Assembly (NCBI GenBank): GCA_026988075.1
Contig: JALSLZ010000156.1
Coordinates: forward strand, 1 to 43,901
DNA: 43,901 nucleotides
Origin: Flavobacteriaceae bacterium
GTDB taxonomy: Bacteria > Bacteroidota > Bacteroidia > Flavobacteriales > Flavobacteriaceae
Reading direction: 5' to 3'
A program made the translations under genes and the position numbers. The notes below the pieces were generated by a model. It was given only the letters and a program-made list of their open reading frames with translations, was not told where the DNA came from and searched no databases. Below, one piece after another: positions 26,946 through 35,948 of the stretch. How positions within the stretch are numbered: the first letter of the stretch is position 1; each line of letters starts with the position of its first letter.

Positions 26946-28366
26946 TGATGAATAAAAATTATACTAACGCACTTGAACATTCCGTTTTTCAATATATTAC
27001 TAAAGCAGCAGATGAGTTGCAATTGGAAACTTATGTAATAGGTGGTTTTGTTAGAGATTATATTTTACAAAGAGGAAAAGCCAAAGATGTAGATGTTGTT
27101 TGCGTCGGAAATGGAATTGAATTAGCAAAAAAAGTCGCTTCACTTTTACCAAACAATCCTAACGTTCAGGTGTTTAAAACCTATGGAACAGCAATGTTAC
27201 TCTATAAAGATATTGAAGTGGAGTTTGTAGGAGCAAGAAAAGAATCTTATAACGAAAACAGTAGAAATCCAATAGTTGAAATTGGCACATTACAAGACGA
27301 TCAAAACAGAAGAGATTTTACAATTAACGCATTAGCAATTAGTCTGAATAAAAAAAACTACGGTAAACTTTTAGACCCATTTAATGGTATTGAAGATCTA
27401 AATAATAAAATTATAAGAACGCCTTTAAATCCTGATATTACTTTTTCTGACGATCCTTTACGAATGATGCGTGGTGTAAGATTCGCAACGCAATTACAAT
27501 TTAAAATTGAGAGTAAAACGCTTACGTCTATTAAAAAAAACGCAAAACGATTAGAAATAATTACCAAAGAACGCATTGTTACTGAGTTGAATAAAATTTT
27601 ATTGAGTCCGAAACCATCTATAGGATTGCAACTTTTATTTCAAACCAATTTATTGCAACAATTTTTACCTGAATTAACTAATTTACATGGTGTTGAGGTT
27701 AAAAATGGTCAAGGTCATAAAGATAATTTTTATCATACTTTAGAAGTTGTAGATAATATTGCAACGATGACTGATAAATTGTATTTAAGATGGACTGCCT
27801 TATTACACGATATTGGCAAAGCACCAACAAAACGCTTTGAAAAAGGAACAGGTTGGACTTTTCATGCGCACGAATTTATAGGTTCTAAAATGGTTTATAA
27901 AATTTTTAAACGTTTAAAAATGCCATTAAACGATAAAATGAAATATGTGCAAAAATTGGTTTTGTTAAGCTCAAGACCTATTGTTATTGCAACAGAAGTA
28001 GGCGATTCTGCCGTTAGGCGTTTGGTTTTTGATGCTGGTAATGATATTGACGATTTAATTACACATTGCGAAGCCGACATCACTACAAAAAACCCAGAAA
28101 AGAAAAAACGATACCTTAACAATTTTAAAATTGTTCGCAAAAAAATAAAAGAAGTTGAAGCACGTGATCAAATACGAAATTTTCAACCACCAATTACTGG
28201 CGAAATTATTATGGAAACCTACAATTTAAAACCTTGTAGAGAAATAGGCACAATTAAAGAAGCCATAAAAGAAGCCATTTTAGATGGCGAAATTGCTAAT
28301 AATTATGACGAAGCTTTTCAATTTATGCTAAAAAAAGCAGCCAAATTAGGATTGCAAAAACAATAA
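26942..28366 (+). CDS. cca: CCA tRNA nucleotidyltransferase (PolyA_pol head plus HD domain)
   Basis: 474 aa. GGFVRDYIL...DVDVV nucleotidyltransferase motif, [19 protein letters not shown], and HD motif [11 protein letters not shown] overlap with tsaC. Confidence 0.8.
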   Translation: MMMNKNYTNALEHSVFQYITKAADELQLETYVIGGFVRDYILQRGKAKDVDVVCVGNGIELAKKVASLLPNNPNVQVFKTYGTAMLLYKDIEVEFVGARKESYNENSRNPIVEIGTLQDDQNRRDFTINALAISLNKKNYGKLLDPFNGIEDLNNKIIRTPLNPDITFSDDPLRMMRGVRFATQLQFKIESKTLTSIKKNAKRLEIITKERIVTELNKILLSPKPSIGLQLLFQTNLLQQFLPELTNLHGVEVKNGQGHKDNFYHTLEVVDNIATMTDKLYLRWTALLHDIGKAPTKRFEKGTGWTFHAHEFIGSKMVYKIFKRLKMPLNDKMKYVQKLVLLSSRPIVIATEVGDSAVRRLVFDAGNDIDDLITHCEADITTKNPEKKKRYLNNFKIVRKKIKEVEARDQIRNFQPPITGEIIMETYNLKPCREIGTIKEAIKEAILDGEIANNYDEAFQFMLKKAAKLGLQKQ

Positions 28367-28371
28367 ACACA

Positions 28372-29442
28372 ATGAAACATCTATTTTTACTTGTCCTTTT
28401 TAGTTTATTCTTTTTTAATTGTAAAACTGATAAAAAGCCAATAGTAAAGAAAAATATTCCTTATGCTATCGTATTACATGGAGGTGCAGGAAACATTACA
28501 CCTAACAACTTATCAAAGAAAAAGCAAAAAGAGTACAAACTTGTGTTAGAAAAAGCGCTTGATGCGGGTTATTTGATTTTAGAAAATAACGGAAGTGCAT
28601 TAGATGCTGTCCAGAAAACAATTTCAATTTTAGAAGATTCACCTTTATTCAATGCAGGTAAAGGCTCGGTTTTTGACAGTCAAGGTAAAAATAAAATGGA
28701 TGCTTCAATAATGGATGGAAAAACATTAAATTCTGGAGCTGTTACAGGAGTTGGTAATATTAAAAATCCGATTTTTTTAGCGAAAACTGTAATGGATAAA
28801 ACCAAATATGTATTATTGTCAGGTAAAGGTGCTGAGATATTTGCAGAACAGAATAACATAAAATTTGAAAATGACGACTATTTTTATACAAAAAGGCAAG
28901 CAGACTATTTATTGAAAGTCCAAAAAAGAGAACGTGATAGTAAGTTTGCTACTAATGATTTTAAAAATAATAAAGTTAGTAATAAATCAATAATTTTAAA
29001 TAAAAGTAATTCAAAAATAATACATAAATACGGAACCGTTGGAGCAGTTGCTTTAGATAAATTTGGAAATATTGCCGCAGGAACTTCAACTGGCGGATTA
29101 ACAAATAAAAAATATGGCAGAATTGGCGATTCACCTTTAATTGGCGCAGGAACTTATGCTAATAATAAAACTTGCGGTATATCATGTACTGGAGTTGGCG
29201 AGTATTTTATACGAACATTGGCAGCTCACGAAGCATCTAATTTAATTCAATATAAAAACAATTCAGCTAAAGAAGCTATTAAGGAAGTTATTCACAGTCA
29301 AATTGCTAATTTAGGTGGACAAGGCGGAATGATAATACTCGACAAAAAAGGTAATATTGCGTGGACTTTTAATACAAAAGGCATGTTTAGAGCTTTGAAA
29401 AAATCGACTGGAGAAAAAGAAATTTCTTTTTTTACAAATTAA
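28372..29442 (+). CDS. isoaspartyl peptidase / L-asparaginase (plant-type Ntn hydrolase), lipoprotein-like N-terminus
   Basis: 356 aa. VLHGGAG, the autoprocessing site HKYGTVGAVALD (Thr nucleophile) and GTSTGG. N-terminal LFFFNC is lipobox-like. The N/K-rich pre-cleavage linker looks longer than in my recollection of the E. coli enzyme. Confidence 0.85.
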   Translation: MKHLFLLVLFSLFFFNCKTDKKPIVKKNIPYAIVLHGGAGNITPNNLSKKKQKEYKLVLEKALDAGYLILENNGSALDAVQKTISILEDSPLFNAGKGSVFDSQGKNKMDASIMDGKTLNSGAVTGVGNIKNPIFLAKTVMDKTKYVLLSGKGAEIFAEQNNIKFENDDYFYTKRQADYLLKVQKRERDSKFATNDFKNNKVSNKSIILNKSNSKIIHKYGTVGAVALDKFGNIAAGTSTGGLTNKKYGRIGDSPLIGAGTYANNKTCGISCTGVGEYFIRTLAAHEASNLIQYKNNSAKEAIKEVIHSQIANLGGQGGMIILDKKGNIAWTFNTKGMFRALKKSTGEKEISFFTN

Positions 29443-29457
29443 AAATTGATACCTAAA

Positions 29458-30585
29458 TTAGGTTGGTATAATTACTGATTTCATTACTTTAGACTTAGCA
29501 ACAGTTTCAAAATATTCCTTTTCAGCATTGCTATCTTTGGTAATTCCACCACCAACATAAATACTAATTTCATTTTTTTTTATTTGCATACATCTCAAAT
29601 TCACAAATAAAGCGCTTTGAATTTGCTTAAAATTATAGGCGTGATTTTCAATATTACGTTTGTTATTTTTGTTTTGACGCTTATCTAATTCAAAATTTAA
29701 TTCGCCTAAAAAACCAGTATAAAATTCTCGATTGTAATTTTCGTTTTTTAAAATAAAATTTTTAGCTTTTTCTTTTGGTAAACCGCAAATTGCTGGTGTA
29801 GGATGCAAAGCTTTAATTACTTTATCAATAACTGATGTGTTTTTTAATCTACCCGAAATATTTACTTGTATGTGTAATAAATTACCTGCCTTAATTGTTG
29901 TAGGTAAAGTAACATTGCATGTAATGTTTAACTTGTTAAGTTCTTCAACAATATAATCAGTTACAAACTTATGTTCTTGAATTTCTTTTTCTTCCCAAAA
30001 AACATCTGTATTTTTATTAAACACTTGAGTTCCGGCAAGCGACATTGTTTTAAAGTTGTTATTATGGGTATTTAATAAAGTTTCGGGAGTTGCACCAAGC
30101 CACAAGCCAACTTTTGGGTGAAACCAAACATACACAAATGCTTTTTCGTATTTATTTAATAAATTTTCAAAAACAGCAACTATATCTACATCTTTTTTAT
30201 GAATTGTTTCTTTTCGAGATAATACTATTTTAGGTACTTTATTATTTTTAATATACTCAATTCCGCTATTAACCAAATCAATATGATTTTTTTTATGGTT
30301 ATCATACTCAACATCATTAATAACAGTTTCAGATAATAAAGGATTAACTAAATAAACATGCTTTGAAATAGTTGTTTTATCTAAAGGAAAAAGTATTGTT
30401 TTTTCAGTATTATCAAAAGGAGCAAAAATAAAACCTTTTTCATTATAGTTGTCTAAAAAATAAAGTTCATTATCAAGCTGTACATTTTCACAAACAATAT
30501 TACTATTCGGTTTACGGTAAAAAACAAATGGTTTTTTATACGCTAAACTTTTTTGCAAATGAGTTAATACAGATGAGTGATTCAA
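29458..30585 (-). CDS. menF: isochorismate synthase
   Basis: 375-aa chorismate-binding enzyme: LGATPETLL, FYTGFLGE, YVGGGITKDSNAEKEYFET. Confidence 0.8.
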   Translation of the reverse strand: MNHSSVLTHLQKSLAYKKPFVFYRKPNSNIVCENVQLDNELYFLDNYNEKGFIFAPFDNTEKTILFPLDKTTISKHVYLVNPLLSETVINDVEYDNHKKNHIDLVNSGIEYIKNNKVPKIVLSRKETIHKKDVDIVAVFENLLNKYEKAFVYVWFHPKVGLWLGATPETLLNTHNNNFKTMSLAGTQVFNKNTDVFWEEKEIQEHKFVTDYIVEELNKLNITCNVTLPTTIKAGNLLHIQVNISGRLKNTSVIDKVIKALHPTPAICGLPKEKAKNFILKNENYNREFYTGFLGELNFELDKRQNKNNKRNIENHAYNFKQIQSALFVNLRCMQIKKNEISIYVGGGITKDSNAEKEYFETVAKSKVMKSVIIPT

Positions 30586-30586
30586 C

Positions 30587-31006
30587 TTACTTCTTATTAT
30601 CTAAAACAATATTGGTTAATTTACACAATGATATTAAATTACCTTCTTCATCTTCAATTTTAATTTCCCACAAATGCAAAGTAGTACCTTGATTAATCAT
30701 TTTAGCGGTTGCTTTTACAATACCTTCTCGTTTGCTTTTTAAATGGTTTGCAGTGATTTCGATACCTCTAATTTCATGATCTTCACTATCAATAAACAAA
30801 TGAGAAGCTGCGCCGCCTAAAGTTTCTGCTAAAGCAACAGAAGCACCACCATGAAGTAATCCGTTTGGTTGTAAAACAGCTTTAGTTACTGGCATAGTAG
30901 CTACTAAATAATCAACGCCAACTTCTGTGTAAACAATACCTAATGTTTCCATTAATGTACCTTTAGAAGACATGTTTAATAAATGTAAAATCCGTTTTTC
31001 TGGCAT
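30587..31006 (-). CDS. PaaI-family hotdog thioesterase (plausibly the DHNA-CoA thioesterase of menaquinone synthesis)
   Basis: 139 aa. LLHGGASVALAETLGG is the PaaI/YdiI signature. Located 1 nt downstream of menF. Confidence 0.75.
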   Translation of the reverse strand: MPEKRILHLLNMSSKGTLMETLGIVYTEVGVDYLVATMPVTKAVLQPNGLLHGGASVALAETLGGAASHLFIDSEDHEIRGIEITANHLKSKREGIVKATAKMINQGTTLHLWEIKIEDEEGNLISLCKLTNIVLDNKK

Positions 31007-31112
31007 TATTGATTAATTATAGTTAATATATAAGCCACAAAGATACATATTTAGTTTTATATATGGAATTAAATAGTAATTTTGCGCCAATAAAAACAAC
31101 TTCTATAAAAGC

Positions 31113-31601
31113 ATGTATAAATTTAGAGTAATATTAGATTCAAAAAAAGATGTTATTAGAGAAATTGCAGTAATGCGAGGTTTTACATTAGAAGAACTGC
31201 ATCAAACAATAATTAATGCTTTTGAATTTGACGGCTTAGAAATGGCTTCGTTTTATCATTCAGATTTAGAATGGAATCAAGGCGAAGAAATTCCGTTATT
31301 CAATATGAATGAACAAGTTGGTGGTTTATCACAAATGAGTGATTATAAATTAGAAGTATTATTTACAAAGCAAAATAGAAATTTAATTTACGTCTATGAC
31401 TTTATGAATTTATGGACGTTTTTTGTAGAATTTGTTTCTGTATATGAAAATAAAGTAGAAGATAAAAACACACCATTACTCCTTTTTTCTTTAGGAAATT
31501 TACCAAAGGAAGCTCCAAAAAAAGAATTTGAAGTGCCTTCAACTGAAGATGAAGATGACGATGATTTTTATTATGATGATTACGATAGCTTTTATCAGTA
31601 A
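31113..31601 (+). CDS. plasmid pRiA4b ORF-3-like family protein (unknown function)
   Basis: 162 aa. YKFRVILDSKKDVIREIAVMRGFTLEELHQTIINAFEFDGLEMASFY matches my memory of the PF07929 family N-terminus. Highly acidic tail EDEDDDDFYYDDYDSFYQ. Confidence 0.55.
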   Translation: MYKFRVILDSKKDVIREIAVMRGFTLEELHQTIINAFEFDGLEMASFYHSDLEWNQGEEIPLFNMNEQVGGLSQMSDYKLEVLFTKQNRNLIYVYDFMNLWTFFVEFVSVYENKVEDKNTPLLLFSLGNLPKEAPKKEFEVPSTEDEDDDDFYYDDYDSFYQ

Positions 31602-32563
31602 CCCAATTTAATTCTTACTCTACTTAAAACATCATTAGCAATTACTTTTGCTTTTTCTGCACCAACAGATAAAGCGTTATCAATTTCAGACAAATTATTT
31701 ATATAATGGTTATAAAGCGCTCTTTCTTTACTGAATTTATCAATTAACAATTCATAAAAAGCTTGCTTAGCATGACCATAACCGTAATTTCCGTTAAGAT
31801 AATTATTACGCATTTCTAAAATTTGAGCTTCTGATGCTAACAATTTATACAAAGCAAATAAATTACAAGTATCTGGGTTTTTAGGATCTTCTAGCGGCGT
31901 TGAATCCGTTTTTATTTTCATTATTTGCTTACGAAGTTTTTTATCCGCAAGAAAAATATCAATAATATTTCCTTTAGATTTACTCATTTTCTCTCCGTCT
32001 ATACCAGGAACTAACATCGTATTTTCTTGAACTTTAGCTTCTGGTAAAACAAAAGTTTCGCCTAATTTTGTATGAAATCTTGACGCAACATCTCGTGTAA
32101 ATTCTAAATGCTGCAATTGATCCTTACCAACAGGTACAATATTAGCATCGTATAATAAAATATCGGCAGCCATTAACATTGGGTAAGTAAATAAACCTAC
32201 ATTTACATCATCTAATCTATCGGCTTTATCTTTAAAACTGTGCGCTAAAGTTAATCGGTTGTATGGAAAAAAACAATTCAAATACCAATTCAATTCCGTT
32301 ACTTGTGGTACATCACTTTGACGATAAAAAACAGTTTTTTCAACATCTAAACCAAAAGCCAGCCAAGCAGCAGCAGTGCTATATGTGTTTTCTTTTAAAG
32401 TTTTTCCATCTTTAATTTGTGTAAGCGAATGCATATCTGCAATAAATAAAAACGATTCATTTTTATCATCTTTACTCATTGCTATTGCAGGCATAATAGC
32501 ACCTAAAATATTACCTAAATGTGGTGTACCCGTAGATTGAACACCTGTTAAAACTCTTGACAT
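31595..32563 (-). CDS. trpS: tryptophan--tRNA ligase
   Basis: 322 aa. Class I signatures GTPHLGN (HIGH) and KMSKSKGN (KMSKS). Confidence 0.95.
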   Translation of the reverse strand: MSRVLTGVQSTGTPHLGNILGAIMPAIAMSKDDKNESFLFIADMHSLTQIKDGKTLKENTYSTAAAWLAFGLDVEKTVFYRQSDVPQVTELNWYLNCFFPYNRLTLAHSFKDKADRLDDVNVGLFTYPMLMAADILLYDANIVPVGKDQLQHLEFTRDVASRFHTKLGETFVLPEAKVQENTMLVPGIDGEKMSKSKGNIIDIFLADKKLRKQIMKIKTDSTPLEDPKNPDTCNLFALYKLLASEAQILEMRNNYLNGNYGYGHAKQAFYELLIDKFSKERALYNHYINNLSEIDNALSVGAEKAKVIANDVLSRVRIKLGY

Positions 32564-32609
32564 TTTTTATGATTGAATGGTTAAAACTAAAAGATTAAAA
32601 ATCTCCGTA

Positions 32610-32617
32610 CAAAAATA
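32610..32617 (-). promoter_or_regulatory. -7 promoter box (TAttTTTG) for trpS
   Basis: The minus strand reads TATATTTTTGTAC, 47 nt upstream of the trpS ATG. Confidence 0.4.
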
Positions 32618-32665
32618 TAAAAAACAATAAAGCTTTAAACTATTTTTCAATCTTTTAATTTTTCT

Positions 32666-32673
32666 TACATTTG
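32666..32673 (+). promoter_or_regulatory. -7 promoter box (TAcaTTTG) for the acyltransferase gene
   Basis: Lies 20 nt upstream of the ATG at 32693. Confidence 0.4.
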
Positions 32674-32692
32674 AAATCTATTTTTTTAAACT

Positions 32693-33451
32693 ATGACTTT
32701 TATAAAAAACATTTTTATTCTTATTTGGAGAATCTGGTTTTACGCATGGGTTTTCTTTACCTTAGTACCTATATTTCCAATACTATTAATCTTACTATCT
32801 AAAGAAAAATGGTATCCTCATTTTTTTAAATTTGCATACGCATGGGGAAAAACCTTATTATTCATAATGGGCTTTAGTACAGAAATAGAAGGTTTAGAAA
32901 AAATTGACCCAAACAAAAGTTACTTGTTTTGTCCTAATCATACTTCTATGTTAGATATTATGATTATGTTTCGGTTAAGTAAAAACCCATTTGTATTTGT
33001 TGGTAAAAAAGAATTGACCAAAATACCAGTTTTTGGCTATATTTTTAAAAAATCGAGTATTATAGTAGATCGGTCAAGTAAAAAAAGTTCGAAATTAGCT
33101 TTTGAAAACGCAAGAAATAAATTAGCAACAGGTAGAAGTATTTGTATTTTTCCTGAAGGTAAAGTGCCCGAAGATGAAAGTGTTGTTTTAGATAAATTCA
33201 AATCTGGTGCTTTTAGAATGGCAATAGAACATAAAATACCTATTGTTCCTATTACATTTTACGACTGTAAAAAACATTTTTCATATACTTTCTTTAGCGG
33301 AAGTCCAGGAAAACTTCGTGTAAAAATTCACGACTTTATAGCAACTGAAAGCTATACTATGGAAGATCGAAATGAGTTAAAACAAAAAACGTATAATGTT
33401 ATTTACCAAAGTTTAATAGCCGATAAAAATAAAAAAGTAAAAAATAGGTAA
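32693..33451 (+). CDS. plsC: 1-acyl-sn-glycerol-3-phosphate acyltransferase family protein
   Basis: 252 aa. N-terminal TM helix, HX4D motif CPNHTSMLD, FVGKKEL and FPEGK blocks. Confidence 0.8.
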   Translation: MTFIKNIFILIWRIWFYAWVFFTLVPIFPILLILLSKEKWYPHFFKFAYAWGKTLLFIMGFSTEIEGLEKIDPNKSYLFCPNHTSMLDIMIMFRLSKNPFVFVGKKELTKIPVFGYIFKKSSIIVDRSSKKSSKLAFENARNKLATGRSICIFPEGKVPEDESVVLDKFKSGAFRMAIEHKIPIVPITFYDCKKHFSYTFFSGSPGKLRVKIHDFIATESYTMEDRNELKQKTYNVIYQSLIADKNKKVKNR

Positions 33452-33509
33452 CAATCATAATATTTATTGTTATATTTATCGAACATTAATCTTTAAAAAA
33501 CTAATTATT

Positions 33510-35294
33510 ATGAAAAAATTTACTTTATTACTCTTATTTATTACGAGTTTAGGATACGCACAAGAATTTACCGATCACATTATTGACAATGTTACCAATA
33601 ATGCATTGTCTACAGAAATAGTAGACTTAGATAATGATGGCGATTTTGATATTATAGCAGCTTTTTACAACGAGGTTGGTACAACAAATACAGGTAAACT
33701 AAAATGGTACGAAAACGATGGTGCTCAAAATTACACCATGCACACTATTGATGCTACAATCAATGGAGCAATATACTTGTCTGCTGCAGATGCTAATGGT
33801 GATGGTAATTTAGACATCTTGTTAAATGCTTATGATGGAAATGCTTTTTATGTGTATTTAAATTTAGGCGGTTCGCCATTAAATTTTGCAGGTAAATTAG
33901 CAATTGATTCTTCTGCTATTGGTTCTAATTACTGTTCGGCAAACGATTTTGATGGCGATTCGGTAATGGATGCTGTTAGTGCAAATTATACTGGTAACGA
34001 GTTAGCATGGTATAAATATACGCCACCAATTAGTATAACAAAAAATGTAATAGATGCTGCTATTATTGGCGTATCATCTGTGGAAACAGGCGATATGGAT
34101 GGTGATGGTGATATAGATTTAGTCGTTACAGGTGATGATCAAATTTTTTGGTATGAAAATCAAAATTCAAATTTAGGTACATTTACAAAACATAGTATTG
34201 CCGCTTCAACTGGTTTTACTGGCGCTATTACAGCTTATATGGTTGATTTTGATGTCGATGGCGATATGGATATTGTTGGTTCTGCTTCAGGAGCTGATGA
34301 AGTTGCTTGGTTCGAAAATGATGGTAGTGAGGTGTTTACAAAACATACAGTTGCTACAAGTATAGATTACGCATCATATGCACAAGCAGTTGATTTTAAT
34401 AATGATGGACATATGGATATAGTTGCTTCTGCAACCATAACAAATGAATTGCTTTGGTTTGAAAATGACGGTTCAGATACGGCATTTGCAACTCATGTAA
34501 TTGCTGACAATGCAGCTATTGGAGATTCTTACGCTATTTCTTTAAAAGATATTGATAATGATGGAGATATTGATATTGCTATAACTTCTCCAGGACCAGA
34601 TATTTTAAGATGGTTTGAGAATCATTTTACAGAAATACCTACTAACGACTTAGCAGTAAATGCAATTGCAATGAATTGCGGCGATGTAATGGTTGGTAAT
34701 ACTACATTTGCAACTATTGATCAACAAGTAGCCTGTGGCGTAGATTTTTTTGAGTTTTCAAGAAACCAATGGTACACATATACTGGTACAGGTTTAACTG
34801 AAGATATTACAATTACAACATGTTTAGCAAGTACTAATTTTGATACATATATTAGTGTATTTACTGGTACACCAGGAAGCTTAGTTTGTTTAGATGCAAA
34901 TGATGATGATATGGTATGTAGTGATGATTTATTGTCAACACTTACCTTTACTTCTGACGGAACAACAACTTACTACATTGAGGTAAAAGGTTATGACGCT
35001 ACAGAACAAGGCGATTTTAACTTAGAAATTTCATGTGCTGTAGTAGCAGTAGACGAGTTGGAAGCGGTAAATTTTAGCTATTACCCAAACCCTACAACAG
35101 GTAATTTACATATTTCAGCCAATGAAAACATCAATAAAGTTGTTGTTACTAATATTTTAGGGCAAGAAGTAAAGCAAATTGATCTGTCACGATTAACTGC
35201 GAATATTGATTTGTCAGATTTAAACAACGGAACTTATTTTGTTAAAGTAATTATAAATGATAAAATAGGGACTTTTAAAATAATTAAAAATTAG
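33510..35294 (+). CDS. FG-GAP/VCBS-repeat beta-propeller protein with a Cys-rich beta-sandwich domain and T9SS C-terminal sorting domain
   Basis: 594 aa. Signal peptide, about seven repeats of D.D.DGD.D....(W)(Y/F)EN (e.g. DLDNDGDFDIIAA...KWYENDG), then a Cys-containing domain (FDTYISVFTG...CLDANDDD), then a T9SS CTD (FSYYPNPTTGNLHI...GTYFVKV). Confidence 0.75.
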   Translation: MKKFTLLLLFITSLGYAQEFTDHIIDNVTNNALSTEIVDLDNDGDFDIIAAFYNEVGTTNTGKLKWYENDGAQNYTMHTIDATINGAIYLSAADANGDGNLDILLNAYDGNAFYVYLNLGGSPLNFAGKLAIDSSAIGSNYCSANDFDGDSVMDAVSANYTGNELAWYKYTPPISITKNVIDAAIIGVSSVETGDMDGDGDIDLVVTGDDQIFWYENQNSNLGTFTKHSIAASTGFTGAITAYMVDFDVDGDMDIVGSASGADEVAWFENDGSEVFTKHTVATSIDYASYAQAVDFNNDGHMDIVASATITNELLWFENDGSDTAFATHVIADNAAIGDSYAISLKDIDNDGDIDIAITSPGPDILRWFENHFTEIPTNDLAVNAIAMNCGDVMVGNTTFATIDQQVACGVDFFEFSRNQWYTYTGTGLTEDITITTCLASTNFDTYISVFTGTPGSLVCLDANDDDMVCSDDLLSTLTFTSDGTTTYYIEVKGYDATEQGDFNLEISCAVVAVDELEAVNFSYYPNPTTGNLHISANENINKVVVTNILGQEVKQIDLSRLTANIDLSDLNNGTYFVKVIINDKIGTFKIIKN

Positions 35295-35320
35295 TTCAAA
35301 ATAAAAAAAATTTAATTACA

Positions 35321-35352
35321 AAAAAGACTGTCTTAAACGATAGTCTTTTTTT
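35321..35352 (+). terminator. rho-independent terminator after the FG-GAP gene
   Basis: AAAAAGACTGTC (35321-35332) pairs with GATAGTCTTTTT (35339-35350) with one G-U pair. 6-nt loop and a T-run. Confidence 0.7.
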
Positions 35353-35366
35353 ATGAGTAAAAACCA

Positions 35367-35374
35367 TATCTTTG
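35367..35374 (+). promoter_or_regulatory. -7 promoter box (TAtcTTTG) for purE
   Basis: Lies 18 nt upstream of the ATG at 35392 and inside the longer track ORF. Its context CATATCTTTGTAAAA is identical to the riboswitch promoter at 38107. Confidence 0.5.
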
Positions 35375-35391
35375 TAAAAAAAAATACAAAA

Positions 35392-35880
35392 ATGGCACAA
35401 GTAGGAATCATAATGGGAAGTAATTCTGATTTACCAGTAATGCAAGAAGCGATAGATATTTTAACTTATTTTAATATTGAAATTGAAGTTGATATTGTTT
35501 CTGCCCATCGCACTCCAGAAAAATTATTTGACTATTCAAAAAACGCACATAAAAGAGGTATAAGAGTTATAATTGCAGGTGCTGGCGGCGCAGCTCATTT
35601 GCCAGGAATGGTAGCAAGTATGAGTCCGCTACCTATTATTGGTGTTCCTGTAAAGTCAAGAAATTCAATTGATGGTTGGGATTCTATTTTGTCAATTTTA
35701 CAAATGCCAGGTGGCGTTCCTGTAGCTACAGTAGCGTTAAACGGAGCAAAAAATGCAGGTATTTTAGCAGCACAAATTATAGGTTCAAGCAATGAAGACG
35801 TGCAAAGTAAAGTCATAACATATAAAGAACAATTAAAAGAAAAGGTTTATAAGGCAGCTAAAGAAATGAATGGACAGTAA
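35392..35880 (+). CDS. purE: 5-(carboxyamino)imidazole ribonucleotide mutase
   Basis: [35 protein letters not shown]. The start is moved from 35353 because the terminator and promoter overlap the extension. Confidence 0.95.
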   Translation: MAQVGIIMGSNSDLPVMQEAIDILTYFNIEIEVDIVSAHRTPEKLFDYSKNAHKRGIRVIIAGAGGAAHLPGMVASMSPLPIIGVPVKSRNSIDGWDSILSILQMPGGVPVATVALNGAKNAGILAAQIIGSSNEDVQSKVITYKEQLKEKVYKAAKEMNGQ

Positions 35881-35948
35881 TCCATTTTTATAAAAATTTA
35901 AGTTCAAATTAACAACTTCATTCTTTTTAGAAATATTATACAAAACAA

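Noticed and set aside
21483-28140. Minus-strand ORFs within mfd (21483-21683, 21829-22116, 22382-22594, 24313-24504), the GT2 gene (26049-26237) and cca (27358-27576, 27895-28140)
   Set aside because: They are shadow ORFs antisense to well-supported genes.
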